From Gemmatimonadota bacterium (GTDB lineage Bacteria; Latescibacterota; UBA2968; UBA8231), in the NCBI GenBank assembly GCA_038153405.1, contig JAYOYH010000012.1, forward strand, positions 45,496 through 109,495: a stretch of DNA of 64,000 nucleotides, read 5' to 3'. This document shows, one piece after another, positions 10,640 to 20,543 of the stretch; the stretch's first letter is position 1, and each line of letters starts with the position of its first letter. The notes below the pieces were generated by a model. That model was not told the DNA's origin, did not search any database, and saw only the letters and a program-made list of their open reading frames with translations. The position numbers and the translations under genes are program-made.

Positions 10640-12100
10640 ATGCGCATTCTGCTAGCGGCTTTCAAGCAAGAAACCGCTACCTTTAACCCAGCTTGTTCGA
10701 CGCGAGAGCATTTCACCGTAGCGCGCGGCGACGATATCCTGGCGCTAAAGAACACGCGCAGCGAAATCGGCGGCGCCCTGACGGTCTTTGCCGAGATGAG
10801 TGTCGAAATCGTACCGACCTACGCGGCGTGGGCCGTGTCTGGCGGTCCGGTAGACGACGGCGAGTTGGACGGCATGATCGACGAGATGCTCGCCTCCGTC
10901 CGCGCGCATAGAAACGTCGACGGCGCGCTCATTATCTTCCACGGCGCCATGGCCGGCCAGACGGAAATGGATCCCGAAGGGCGCGTCCTAACAGCGGCGC
11001 GCGAGATACTCGGGGATATACCCATCGTCACCACCTTCGATCTGCACGGCGTTATTACCGACCGACTCGTCGAGCACTCGGACGCCATCGTGCCCTTTCA
11101 CACCTATCCGCACGTCGATCAGTACGAAACTGGCCAGCGCGGAGCCCGCTGTTTGCTCAGGTTGCTCACCACGACAGCCAAGCCCGTTATTGCGCGCATT
11201 AAACTGCCCATGCTCGTGCGCGGCGACGAACTCATTACCGCAACCGGGCGCTTTGGCCAGGCCATTGGCCTGTGCCAGAAAATCGAACGATCTGAAAGGG
11301 GACTAGCGGCCGGCGTCTTTATCGGGAATCCCTTTACCGACGTGCCCGACCTGCGCTCTAACGTCGTTATTACCGCCGACGGCGACGCGGAATGGGCGCA
11401 GCAAAGGGCCGTGGAAATCGCCCGCTTTATGTGGGATAATAGAGCGCATTTCGTCGCTCCGCTGACCCCGCTGGACGAGGCCATTGGCCTAGCCGAGAGC
11501 ACGGATGGGCTCACGGTATTCTCGGACGCGGCCGACGCCACGTCTTCGGGCGCCTCAGGCGATAGCAACGCGGCGCTGCGGGGCCTGATTGCGCACGGCT
11601 ACTCGGGAACGGCTCTGCTGCCTTTGGTTGACGCACCGGCGGCCCGAGCGGCCTTTGCAGCCGGCGTGGGCAAGAGCATCCGCGTGGCGCTGGGCGGCAG
11701 CGTTGACCGGCAGCGACACGAGCCCATCGAGTGCGAGGCCTACGTAAAAGCGCTCGGAGACGGCCACTTCCTCTACAGCGACGGCCTGCCCGGCCACGCC
11801 GGTCCCACCGCCGTGCTCTGCGTCGGACGCTACACCTTGATGGTGACGACGCTGCCCGTCAACATTATGGATCGCCACGTCTTCATGGCCTGTGGCCTGC
11901 TGCCGGAGCACTTTGATCTGGTGGTGTGCAAATCGCCCAACGGCTTCCGACCGCACTACGAGCACATCGCCCGCCGCATCGTCGCCGTAGACCTGCCCGG
12001 CTCGACCAGTGCCAACCTGCGCTCACTGCCCTTTGCTCGCTGCCCGCGTCCCATCTTCCCGCTGGACGAGGACGTCGCCGCCCCGGACGAATTGGCTTAG
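10640..12100 (+). CDS. M81 family metallopeptidase (MlrC-like)
   Basis: QETATF, HGAM, DPEG, DLHG, TYPHVD, D..D...GA.GD, VCKS motifs typical of MlrC. Confidence 0.9.
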   Translation: MRILLAAFKQETATFNPACSTREHFTVARGDDILALKNTRSEIGGALTVFAEMSVEIVPTYAAWAVSGGPVDDGELDGMIDEMLASVRAHRNVDGALIIFHGAMAGQTEMDPEGRVLTAAREILGDIPIVTTFDLHGVITDRLVEHSDAIVPFHTYPHVDQYETGQRGARCLLRLLTTTAKPVIARIKLPMLVRGDELITATGRFGQAIGLCQKIERSERGLAAGVFIGNPFTDVPDLRSNVVITADGDAEWAQQRAVEIARFMWDNRAHFVAPLTPLDEAIGLAESTDGLTVFSDAADATSSGASGDSNAALRGLIAHGYSGTALLPLVDAPAARAAFAAGVGKSIRVALGGSVDRQRHEPIECEAYVKALGDGHFLYSDGLPGHAGPTAVLCVGRYTLMVTTLPVNIMDRHVFMACGLLPEHFDLVVCKSPNGFRPHYEHIARRIVAVDLPGSTSANLRSLPFARCPRPIFPLDEDVAAPDELA

Positions 12101-12855
12101 TCGACCGACGCCGTCACTTCGCCGATCCAGCGCAGGCACTCGGCACCCCAGTCAAACGGCGCACCGAGCCCAAGCCCGTGTCGCCCGCGCGCGTAGAGAT
12201 GCAGTTCAAAGGGCACGCCGCGGTCGCGCAGCGCCGAGGCAAAGAGCATGCTGTTTTCCAGCGGCACGCCGACGTCTTCGCCGGTGTGCCACAAAAAACA
12301 CGGCGGCGTTGCAGCCGTAACGCCGCGCTCGGTGGACAGTTCGTCGAGTAGCCCTGGCGCAGGCGTCTCGCCCGCCAAATTGCGCATCGAGCCGGCGTGT
12401 GCAAAGGGCCCCTGCGACGTGATGACCGGATAGCACAAGACGCCAAAGTCGGGGCGCAGCGACACCGCGCTCTCGTAGGTATCCCAAGCGACCAGCGCGT
12501 GCGAGGCCAGATGGCCACCGGCCGACGAGCCCATAATGCCGATGCGCTGCGGATCGAGGCCGAATTCGCCGGCTCGAGCGCGCACGGCACAGATGGCCGA
12601 CAGCGCGTCTTCGAGCATGGCCGGATGGCGAAAGCCGTCCGTGCCCAGGCGATACGTCACCACAAAGCCGGCAATACCCGCCGCCGAAAAATACTCCGCA
12701 TAGCCTCGTCCCTCGTGCTCGGCCAGCGCGCCGTAGCCGCCGCCGGGTAGAATGATCAAGCCCGCACCCGTGCTGTCTCCTTGCGGCAGCCAGCACTCGA
12801 TGCGCGGCGAGGGGGCCGTAGTTCCGCCCTGCAATTCGCCTCTGATCTCGTCCAT
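12097..12855 (-). CDS. Alpha/beta hydrolase (carbohydrate acetylesterase-like)
   Basis: PGGGY oxyanion motif, GSSAGG nucleophile, D..V, GRHG; ATG 12855 has a GGAGA RBS (ORF track allows TTG 12903). Confidence 0.87.
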   Translation of the reverse strand: MDEIRGELQGGTTAPSPRIECWLPQGDSTGAGLIILPGGGYGALAEHEGRGYAEYFSAAGIAGFVVTYRLGTDGFRHPAMLEDALSAICAVRARAGEFGLDPQRIGIMGSSAGGHLASHALVAWDTYESAVSLRPDFGVLCYPVITSQGPFAHAGSMRNLAGETPAPGLLDELSTERGVTAATPPCFLWHTGEDVGVPLENSMLFASALRDRGVPFELHLYARGRHGLGLGAPFDWGAECLRWIGEVTASVD

Positions 12856-12921
12856 AATACCGTTCTCCCATGGGACAATGTGTAGTTTTCTACAAAGTTC
12901 CAACCAACGCCGGTTTCGCGC

Positions 12922-14547
12922 CTAGCGATTCGGTCGCACGACTTGTCCGGGGGTCGCCCCCGTGTGCTCTCCGTCGCGCACCACCCGCACCCCGTTGACC
13001 CACACGTCCTGCACGCCCACCGAAAGCTGGTGTGGGTCTTCAAAGGTCGCCCGGTCGCCTATGGTCGCTTCGTCAAAGACCACGACGTCGGCCTGCAGGC
13101 CGCGCACCAACAGACCGCGATCGCCCAGCGACAGGCGCGTGGCCACGGCGCCGCTCATTTTATGCACGGCCTCTTCTAAGGACAGTATCTTTTCTTCGCG
13201 CACATACTTGCCGAGCACGCGCGGATAGGTGCCGTAGCCACGCGGGTGCACCGGACCATAAGCCTTGGCCCACGTCGGATCGTGGCCGCCAGCATCGGTC
13301 GACACTTTAATCCAAGGCAGGCCCAGTTGCAGGGCAACATTTTCTTCGCTCATTGAAAAGTAGATGGTGCTGATGCGCTGACGCTCGCTCAGCAGCAGGT
13401 CGCACACCGCATCAAACCAATCCTGGCCGCGTTCCCGCGCAATGTCCGAAAGGCGACGCCCCACGTAGGGCTTATTCTCTTCCTTCTGAAAGCCGATCGG
13501 CATCACGCCCTCCTGCCCATGCTGGTCGACCATGGCCTCCCAGCGCCCACCCGGCTGCATGGACTCGGCTTTGATTTCGGCGCGCTTGGCCGCATTTTCG
13601 AGGTTCTCAAAGAGCTTGCCTTCGGCCGCCGCCCACGGCGGCAGCACCGACGAAAGCCCGGTACCCGAAGCGGGATAAGGATACATATCGGCTGTCACGT
13701 CGAGCCCGCCGGCGCGCGCCGCATCGATCTTTTCAATGACCTGCTGCATCGCGCCCCAGTTGCGCCGACCAGCCGCCTTCAGGTGATAGATCTCCACCGG
13801 CAGGCCGCTGTCGCGACCGATGCGCAGCGCTTCGTCTACCGCTTCGAGAAGCGCGTCGCCCTCCGAGCGAATATGGGTTATGTACAGGCCGCCATAGCGC
13901 GCGGCTTCCTTGCACACCTCCACGATTTCCTCGGTCTCGGCATAGGCATCCGGCGGGTAGATTAGCGCATAGGACGGCCCGAAGGATCCGTCTTCCATCG
14001 CCTCGGCCATCACCCGGCGCATCAGCACCCGTTCGTCGGCCGTCGGTGCACGCATTTCCAGTCCCATCGCATATTCGCGCAGCGTGCCCGCCCCTAGGAA
14101 GGAGCCCACATTGGGCGACACGCCCGTCTCGACCATGGCCGCCAGCCAATCGCCAAAGCGGTGCCATTGGCCCGCCCGTTCGACCCACTCAGCCAGGCGC
14201 TCCCCGTATATACCCATGCTCAGCGCCTGTTCAATGCGTCCGCCAAACGGGGCCGGCGTCCACGCCTCGCCCATAATTTCGGTGGTGACGCCCTGCGTAA
14301 TTTTCGACAGACAGCGGCCGTCGAGCATCAGCGGTACGATCGAATGGCTCTGGATATCGATAAAGCCCGGACACACCACTCGACCCCGCGCATCGACGAC
14401 CTCTGACGCATCGCCGTCGGCCAGCACGTCGGGCGCCGTGATGTCTGCAATGCGCTCGCCGCGCAAACCGATATCGCCATAGCGCCACGGACCGCCCGTG
14501 CCGTCGACGACCTTGCCGTTGCGAATCAACACGTCTAGTGCAGCCAT
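12922..14547 (-). CDS. N-acyl-D-amino-acid deacylase (D-aminoacylase) family amidohydrolase
   Basis: PGFID, QGVTTE, HIRSE, YHLK, STD, HPRGYGTYPRVLG, ADVVVFD motifs. Confidence 0.9.
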   Translation of the reverse strand: MAALDVLIRNGKVVDGTGGPWRYGDIGLRGERIADITAPDVLADGDASEVVDARGRVVCPGFIDIQSHSIVPLMLDGRCLSKITQGVTTEIMGEAWTPAPFGGRIEQALSMGIYGERLAEWVERAGQWHRFGDWLAAMVETGVSPNVGSFLGAGTLREYAMGLEMRAPTADERVLMRRVMAEAMEDGSFGPSYALIYPPDAYAETEEIVEVCKEAARYGGLYITHIRSEGDALLEAVDEALRIGRDSGLPVEIYHLKAAGRRNWGAMQQVIEKIDAARAGGLDVTADMYPYPASGTGLSSVLPPWAAAEGKLFENLENAAKRAEIKAESMQPGGRWEAMVDQHGQEGVMPIGFQKEENKPYVGRRLSDIARERGQDWFDAVCDLLLSERQRISTIYFSMSEENVALQLGLPWIKVSTDAGGHDPTWAKAYGPVHPRGYGTYPRVLGKYVREEKILSLEEAVHKMSGAVATRLSLGDRGLLVRGLQADVVVFDEATIGDRATFEDPHQLSVGVQDVWVNGVRVVRDGEHTGATPGQVVRPNR

Positions 14548-14572
14548 CGCACGCTCCTATTGTGCAATGCGA

Positions 14573-16327
14573 TCAGCCCTGCACAGGCCGCAAATTGAGC
14601 AGCACCAGCAGCCAGCCGCGATGCCAGTAGGCACTGTTGATATAGGGGTTTTCCTCCGTCGGCCAATTTGTCCAATAGGTCTCGTTGTGCGGAATGCGAT
14701 GGTACCACTGTACAAGAGGAATAGACGGCAGCTGGTCCAGCCAGATCTGCATTGCCTCGCGGTAGAGTTGCATCAGCCGAGGATCGCCCGGCGCCACTTC
14801 GGCCATCTGGTCGACGACGCGATCAAAGTCTCTGTTGGGCCAGCGCCAAAAATACTCGGCCGAGGTGCCCGTCGGCTGCACAAAGCGGCTGTGGTAGAGG
14901 CGCAGCGTAAAGTAGGGATCGCGCACCGAACCGCCGTGGCCGTTTATGAAAGCGCGTGCCTCGCCCTGCGCCATGCGCGAATAGGCGTCCGAGGTCATGC
15001 GAAAATCGGCATCGAAGCCGGCGCGCTCCAGCTGTGCAACCAGCACCGGCGCCAAATCATTGAATATGGGAAAGATGTCGATAATAATGCGAAAGGGGCG
15101 GCCGTCTTTTTGCCAGTAGCCGTCCTCGCCCCGCTTCCATCCCTTAGCGCGCATAATTTCGGCGCTCTTGTCGACGTCAAAGATGCCCACCTTGCTCGCT
15201 TGCAGCAGGTCTTCTACGGCCCTGAAGTAGGGCCTGAGCGCAGGATAGTCGGGAAAGGGCAACAGCGTTGGTTTGCCGGCGCCCTGCCAGCCTATTTCCA
15301 CCAGCTGGTCCCGATCGATCGCGTAGTTTATCGCGCGGCGCAGATCGGGATCGTCAAAAGGTGGTTCCAGCGTATTAAAGCCGAGCGAGATCGGCCAGAA
15401 GTCGACGTATCCCATCGGCGATTGGCGCCCCGTCCACGTGCTGACGCGCGCGTTGCGGTCGACGATTGTCTGAATGTTGGGCGGTCGCAGGTCTAAGCTC
15501 GTATCCATCGCGTTGGCGATGAGGTTCTGCACGCGCTTGGCCTCCTCCATATAGGGTAGGTAGATAACGCGCTCCACCTGCGGCTTTTTGGCCAAGCCCA
15601 CGTTCTCACCCCACCAATTGTCGCGCACGTCCCAGATGCGCTGCTGCGGCGAGGATAGGACCATGGTATAGGGCCCCGACACGACGGGCCAACCGTTTTG
15701 CAGGTCAAAATTTTCAAACGTATTGGGATCTTTGCCCTCCCATATATGGCGCGGCACGATTGGCACGCCAATGCCGAACGTTGCCGTCAAGTAGGAAAAC
15801 GCAAAGCGCGGGTTGGGCGCCGTCAGCTCGATGCGGGCCGTCAGCGAATCGACGGCTACCGCCGTTTTTACCCAGTTGGCCATATCCGTCGAATAGGTCA
15901 GCGAGGGGGCATTGTCCTTGAGCATATTGACAGTGAAGACCACGTCATGCGCCGTCCATGGCATGCCGTCGCTCCACTCAACGCCTTCGCGAATATGGAC
16001 GACCAGCTCCGTATAGTCGTCGTTGAACTCGTGTCCGGTGGCAATCCAGGGAATGACCTCATCCTTGAACGCGTTGTAGTAGTAAAGCGGCTCATAGAGA
16101 AAGTTATATCCCGTGCGCGAAGTCGTACCGGGCAAGAAGGGATTAAAGGAATTGTAGTCTTGGATTTGACCGCCGCAAATATTGCTCTCGGCGCAATCCA
16201 TAATGAGCGTGCGATTGCGCGGCACGTTGGCCAAGCTAGCACCCGCCCCTCCGCTGCCGGCGGGCTGCTCACTGCAGCCAGCCCACAAAAAGACCACCCA
16301 TGCGAGAATCGTGCATCGTTTTGCCAA
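14573..16327 (-). CDS. ABC transporter substrate-binding lipoprotein, family 5 (paralog 1)
   Basis: Lipobox WAGC; IREGVEWSDG.PWTAHDVVFT and PFDD..LRRAINYAIDR; TTG start 16327 behind AGGAG (ORF track starts at 16438). Confidence 0.92.
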   Translation of the reverse strand: MAKRCTILAWVVFLWAGCSEQPAGSGGAGASLANVPRNRTLIMDCAESNICGGQIQDYNSFNPFLPGTTSRTGYNFLYEPLYYYNAFKDEVIPWIATGHEFNDDYTELVVHIREGVEWSDGMPWTAHDVVFTVNMLKDNAPSLTYSTDMANWVKTAVAVDSLTARIELTAPNPRFAFSYLTATFGIGVPIVPRHIWEGKDPNTFENFDLQNGWPVVSGPYTMVLSSPQQRIWDVRDNWWGENVGLAKKPQVERVIYLPYMEEAKRVQNLIANAMDTSLDLRPPNIQTIVDRNARVSTWTGRQSPMGYVDFWPISLGFNTLEPPFDDPDLRRAINYAIDRDQLVEIGWQGAGKPTLLPFPDYPALRPYFRAVEDLLQASKVGIFDVDKSAEIMRAKGWKRGEDGYWQKDGRPFRIIIDIFPIFNDLAPVLVAQLERAGFDADFRMTSDAYSRMAQGEARAFINGHGGSVRDPYFTLRLYHSRFVQPTGTSAEYFWRWPNRDFDRVVDQMAEVAPGDPRLMQLYREAMQIWLDQLPSIPLVQWYHRIPHNETYWTNWPTEENPYINSAYWHRGWLLVLLNLRPVQG

Positions 16328-16512
16328 GAAGTGCGCTCCTATGCTAAGTGCCGGCAAAAATACTCGGCAATATTTCCGTACTCGTGAAGACGACAGCGCG
16401 CGCGCCGCGTCTATAGCTTCCGTATATATGGCTTCCATATATTATCTTGTAGCCGTCTCACAAGTAGTGCATTATACTACGCAAAAAACCACTCTTCGGG
16501 AAAGGACACTCC

Positions 16513-17301
16513 ATGCGCTGTCAAGAAATAGACTATCATATATACGGCAACGACCTACAGGTGGTGGAGGTCGAACTCGACCCCGGCGAAACCGTCATTG
16601 CCGAAGCAGGGGCGATGAACTGGATGGACGACCGGATCAGCTTTGAGAGCAAAATGGGCGACGGCTCTAAGGCCGACGAGGGCTTTATGGGCAAGCTCCT
16701 CAGCGTCGGCAAGCGCGCGCTGACCGGCGAGTCGCTCTTTATGACTCATTTTACCAACGATGGACGCGACAAAAAGCGCGTCGCCTTTGCTGCACCCTAT
16801 CCAGGACATATCATTCCCATCGACATGGCGCACATCGGCGAGGAACTCATATGTCAGAAGGATTCTTTTCTCTGCGCGGCACTGGGCACTGAACTCAGCA
16901 TCGCCTTTACCCGCCGACTCGGCAGCGGCTTTTTTGGTGGCGAGGGCTTTATCCTACAGCGACTGCGCGGCGATGGCATGGCCTTTGTGCACGCCGGTGG
17001 AACCGTCGTCAAGAAGGAGCTCAACAACGAACTACTCCGCGTCGATACGGGCTGTCTGGTCGCCTTTACGCCCGGCATTGACTACGATATCGAAATGACG
17101 CGCGGCCTCAAGTCGATGTTCTTTGGCGGCGAGGGGTTGTTCTTGGCCACCCTGCAGGGTACGGGCACCGTCTATCTGCAGAGCCTGCCTTTTTCGCGTC
17201 TGGCTGATCGCATTCTCGAGAATATGCCTTCGGCCGGAGGCAAGCAGCAGGGCGAAGGCTCCGTGCTGGGCGGTCTCGGCCGCATGATCGACGGCGACTA
17301 A
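16513..17301 (+). CDS. TIGR00266/AIM24 family protein
   Basis: [39 protein letters not shown] repeated motifs. Confidence 0.92.
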   Translation: MRCQEIDYHIYGNDLQVVEVELDPGETVIAEAGAMNWMDDRISFESKMGDGSKADEGFMGKLLSVGKRALTGESLFMTHFTNDGRDKKRVAFAAPYPGHIIPIDMAHIGEELICQKDSFLCAALGTELSIAFTRRLGSGFFGGEGFILQRLRGDGMAFVHAGGTVVKKELNNELLRVDTGCLVAFTPGIDYDIEMTRGLKSMFFGGEGLFLATLQGTGTVYLQSLPFSRLADRILENMPSAGGKQQGEGSVLGGLGRMIDGD

Positions 17302-17438
17302 CGACCGTAAAGACGACTGCGCTGGTCAATAGAATCCGCTGTCGGTTGACACGGCGCCGCGTTGTGGCGAAAATGTGCCCGCGCTGGGGCCCGATGCCCC
17401 AGCGCGCTATCGCACACTAACCTGCACGAGGCGCTCCT

Positions 17439-19043
17439 ATGTATGATCTCCTCCTCAAGAACGGCCTCCTCATCGACGGCAGCGGGGCCCCTGCCTTCCA
17501 AGCTGACATCGCCGTCCAAGACGGGCGCATCGCCGCCATCGGCGCGCTTGGCGACGGACCCGCGCGCCAAACGGTCGATGCCAGCGACCGCTGCGTGTGC
17601 CCCGGCTTTATCGATATCCATACGCACTCCGACCTGACCATCGCCCTCGACGGGCGCGCCTACAGTTCGCTGGCACAGGGCATCACCACGCAGATCATGG
17701 GCAACTGCGGCGTCTCCGCCGCGCCTACGCGCGATGGCGCCCTGTACTACGGACCGCTAGACCCAAGCATGACGCGCGGCCTGGTCTGCGACTGGGCGCA
17801 CTTCGACCAGTATTTTGCGCGCCTCGAAGACCAGGGCTTGGGCACCAATACCGCTACGCTCGTCGGCCACGGCAATATTCGCGTCGCCGCCATGGGATAC
17901 GACGATCGACCGCCAACGACAAGCGAAATGGCTGTTATGCGCGAGCTGGTCGAGCGCGCCATGCACGACGGCTGCTTCGGTTTGTCCAGCGGCCTGGCCT
18001 ACGCGCCGGGTCCCTACGCCGCCCTCGATGAATTAGTTGAACTGAGTGAAGTCGTCGCGCGCCACGGCGGCATCTACACCTCGCACATCCGCAACCAGAC
18101 CGAGGGCATCGCCGCTGCCGTAGGCGAGGTGACCAGCGTCGGCCAGCGCGCGCGCTTGGCCGCGCACGTCTCGCATATGCAGCCAGGCGCGCCGATGATC
18201 GGCTCAACGCGCCAGCTGCTCGACGACATCGATGCCCTGCGCGCCAGCGGCATGGATATCAGCTGCGATGCCATTCCCTATACCATCGGCAGCACTACGC
18301 TCAAATCGCTCCTGCCGCCCTGGGCACTGGACGGCGGCGACGAGGCGCTGCTGCGCCGGTTAAACGATCTGGAAATGCGCGAGAAGATCAAGGCCGATAC
18401 CATGCAGTACGGCGCGGAGAGCGGAGGTAGCCGCAAGCGCAACCTAGTCAAAAGCCAGCAGTGGGAGAAAATCTGGCTGGGCAGCGCCGAGCACAACGCC
18501 GCGCTGGCCGGACTCGACTTTGCAGAAATCGGCCGCAGACGCCAGCAGGATCCGCACGACGCCGTGCTCGACATCCTCATCGAAGAGGAGGCACGCCCGT
18601 GGATGTTGGCCGAGGACGTGTCGGAAGAAGACTTTCTCAACATCGCCCGCCACCCGGCCGGCGGCGTCATATCCGACGGATTCTCGCTGGTGCCCGAAGG
18701 CGTGCTGGCCGAGGGTAAGCACCACCCGCGCTCCTATGCGGCTTTTCCCTATTTCCTGCGCCGCTTCGTGCGCGAACAGTCGGCGCTGCGCTGGGAGGAA
18801 GCCATCTTCAAACTCAGCGGACATGCCGCTGCGCGCTTTGGCCTGTCCGATCGCGGCCTGCTGCGCGAAGGGCTATGTGCCGACTTAGTGGTCTTCGACC
18901 CGCAGCACATTAGCGAGGGCGCCGACTTCGACTCCCCGTATCAATATCCCAGCGGCATCGACTGCGTCGTGGTCAATGGATCGATCGCCGTCGACGGCGG
19001 CGAACTCAGCGACGTGCGCGCCGGTCGGGTGCTGCGCAAATAA
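17439..19043 (+). CDS. D-aminoacylase family amidohydrolase (paralog 2)
   Basis: PGFIDIHTHSD, GNCG, SHIRN, VSH, ISDG, HPRSY motifs. Confidence 0.92.
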   Translation: MYDLLLKNGLLIDGSGAPAFQADIAVQDGRIAAIGALGDGPARQTVDASDRCVCPGFIDIHTHSDLTIALDGRAYSSLAQGITTQIMGNCGVSAAPTRDGALYYGPLDPSMTRGLVCDWAHFDQYFARLEDQGLGTNTATLVGHGNIRVAAMGYDDRPPTTSEMAVMRELVERAMHDGCFGLSSGLAYAPGPYAALDELVELSEVVARHGGIYTSHIRNQTEGIAAAVGEVTSVGQRARLAAHVSHMQPGAPMIGSTRQLLDDIDALRASGMDISCDAIPYTIGSTTLKSLLPPWALDGGDEALLRRLNDLEMREKIKADTMQYGAESGGSRKRNLVKSQQWEKIWLGSAEHNAALAGLDFAEIGRRRQQDPHDAVLDILIEEEARPWMLAEDVSEEDFLNIARHPAGGVISDGFSLVPEGVLAEGKHHPRSYAAFPYFLRRFVREQSALRWEEAIFKLSGHAAARFGLSDRGLLREGLCADLVVFDPQHISEGADFDSPYQYPSGIDCVVVNGSIAVDGGELSDVRAGRVLRK

Positions 19044-19061
19044 TTACCTCTAAACAGGTAG

Positions 19062-19522
19062 ATGTGCGTAAAAATTAACAAGGTCGAAACCATTCGCTCA
19101 ATCGAGCGCAACTACTGCTGGATTTTGATCTACACCGATGAGGGGCACGTAGGCCTCGGCGAGACCTACCACCGCGCTGACCCGGCCGAGCTCATAGTGC
19201 ATGAGTTTGCACGCGACATACTGCTCGGCCAGGATCCGCGCAATATCGAGCGCATATTGAATCCCGACTAGCCTGGACCGGCGGCCTTTCCGAAGTGCGC
19301 AAGATCGCCGCCTGTGCTCAGGTGCACTACGTGCCGGTCGCCCCACACAACTACGGACCCCTGAGCTGCATGGCGCTGACGCACCTAATGGCCGCTCTTC
19401 CCAACACGCGCCATCTCGAATTTACCGCCTACCGCTATCCGATCTGGAATAGCTATCTCGATGAACCGATCACCTGGTCCGAGGGACAGCTGGCGCTGCC
19501 GAGAACAGTTATAGAAGAATAG
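19062..19522 (+). pseudogene. Mandelate racemase/muconate-lactonising (DgoD-like) enolase-superfamily pseudogene
   Basis: N-terminal fragment (IYTDEGHVGLGE...LLGQDPRNIERI) joined directly to the C-terminal barrel end (LNPD[L]AWTGGLSEVRKIAA...VAPHN); the middle of the barrel is absent and a 1-nt frameshift near 19269 gives TAG. Confidence 0.82.
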
Positions 19523-19529
19523 TCGCTCG

Positions 19530-20522
19530 TCAATGGATGATCTTGTCGAGCAGTCCGTTCGCCTTTAGCCCCCAGTAAAGCTTCTGCGCTAATTCCCACG
19601 ACCCCTCGCTCGTTAAGTGAATGCCGTCCTCGACAAAGTACTTGTGCGTCAGGTCTTCTTGTGGAAATTGGTCAAACGCGCCCAGCATATCGACTACGAG
19701 CGCGCCTTCGTCGCGCGCGACCGCGCGCACGATCTCAGCGTAGCGCCGGTGTAGCGGTACTAGCTCGCTCAGATCCTCGAGCCAGCGCTCACCCAAGTAG
19801 ACCGGCTCGTGCCCTACGCGGTGCGAGGAGGGCGCCGTCAGCAGCACCGGCGTAATATTCGCCGCGCGCGCCGTGCGCACCATCTCCGTCAGGTTGGCGC
19901 GAAAATCGGCTTCCGATACGCGGCGCGGACGCGCGCCATCGCCGTAGCTCCCAATGGCCAGATAACTGAACAACTGCACCAAGCGCCAATCGTCAAAGCG
20001 CATCAGCAGCGAACGGTCTGCATTAAATACTCCAACATTCTTGTCGGCAATGCCAAAGCTCATCCAGTGATCGTTCCACCCGTAGTATATGGTGACGATC
20101 TGCGGCTGCATGGGCACGATGTCGCGCTCCAGCTGCTGAAGCCCTTGATAGGAGCTCCAACCGCCAACGCCTGCGTTGACGAAGGTAAAGCTATTTTGTG
20201 GGTGTGCCTGGTCGATAATGCTCTTGAAGAGCCGGCTGTAGTTGCTCCATGCCGTGCAGGAATCGCCCATAAAGACAATATTCGGCCGGCTGCCGCTCAA
20301 GTTGTCGACCGCCTCACGGTATCCCTTTGGGACCCACAGCACCTTTTCGTCGGCCGTAAAGGTGTCTGCCATCAGAACGGGATCAGGCCAGCCAAACTCC
20401 ACGCGTGCTGGAAAGAGTTTGTATTCAAACCCGTATGCGCGCAGCAGCAGTTCGCCGAGGGCGAGTGATACGACGAGGCTACAGGCGAAGAGTGCTGCTG
20501 TTAGATAGGATCTTTCTTTCAC
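19530..20522 (-). CDS. Membrane-anchored SGNH/GDSL hydrolase
   Basis: N-terminal TM helix, GDS, NAGVGG, GWND, DGIH blocks. Confidence 0.88.
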   Translation of the reverse strand: MKERSYLTAALFACSLVVSLALGELLLRAYGFEYKLFPARVEFGWPDPVLMADTFTADEKVLWVPKGYREAVDNLSGSRPNIVFMGDSCTAWSNYSRLFKSIIDQAHPQNSFTFVNAGVGGWSSYQGLQQLERDIVPMQPQIVTIYYGWNDHWMSFGIADKNVGVFNADRSLLMRFDDWRLVQLFSYLAIGSYGDGARPRRVSEADFRANLTEMVRTARAANITPVLLTAPSSHRVGHEPVYLGERWLEDLSELVPLHRRYAEIVRAVARDEGALVVDMLGAFDQFPQEDLTHKYFVEDGIHLTSEGSWELAQKLYWGLKANGLLDKIIH

Positions 20523-20543
20523 GACGACGTCCCTTTGGCGGCC

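Noticed and set aside
10640..12100. Microcystin degradation (mlr) cluster
   Set aside because: Only an MlrC-family gene is present, with no mlrA/B/D-like neighbours; M81 peptidases are widespread
14498..15496. 332-aa plus-strand ORF, and the similar one at 29830-30810
   Set aside because: Antisense shadows of the SBP paralogs (and murA); any similarity reflects the paralogy on the other strand
19262..19275. Programmed frameshift or stop read-through joining the two enolase-like fragments
   Set aside because: No slippery heptamer, and a joined product would still lack the catalytic core; decay is the simpler explanation
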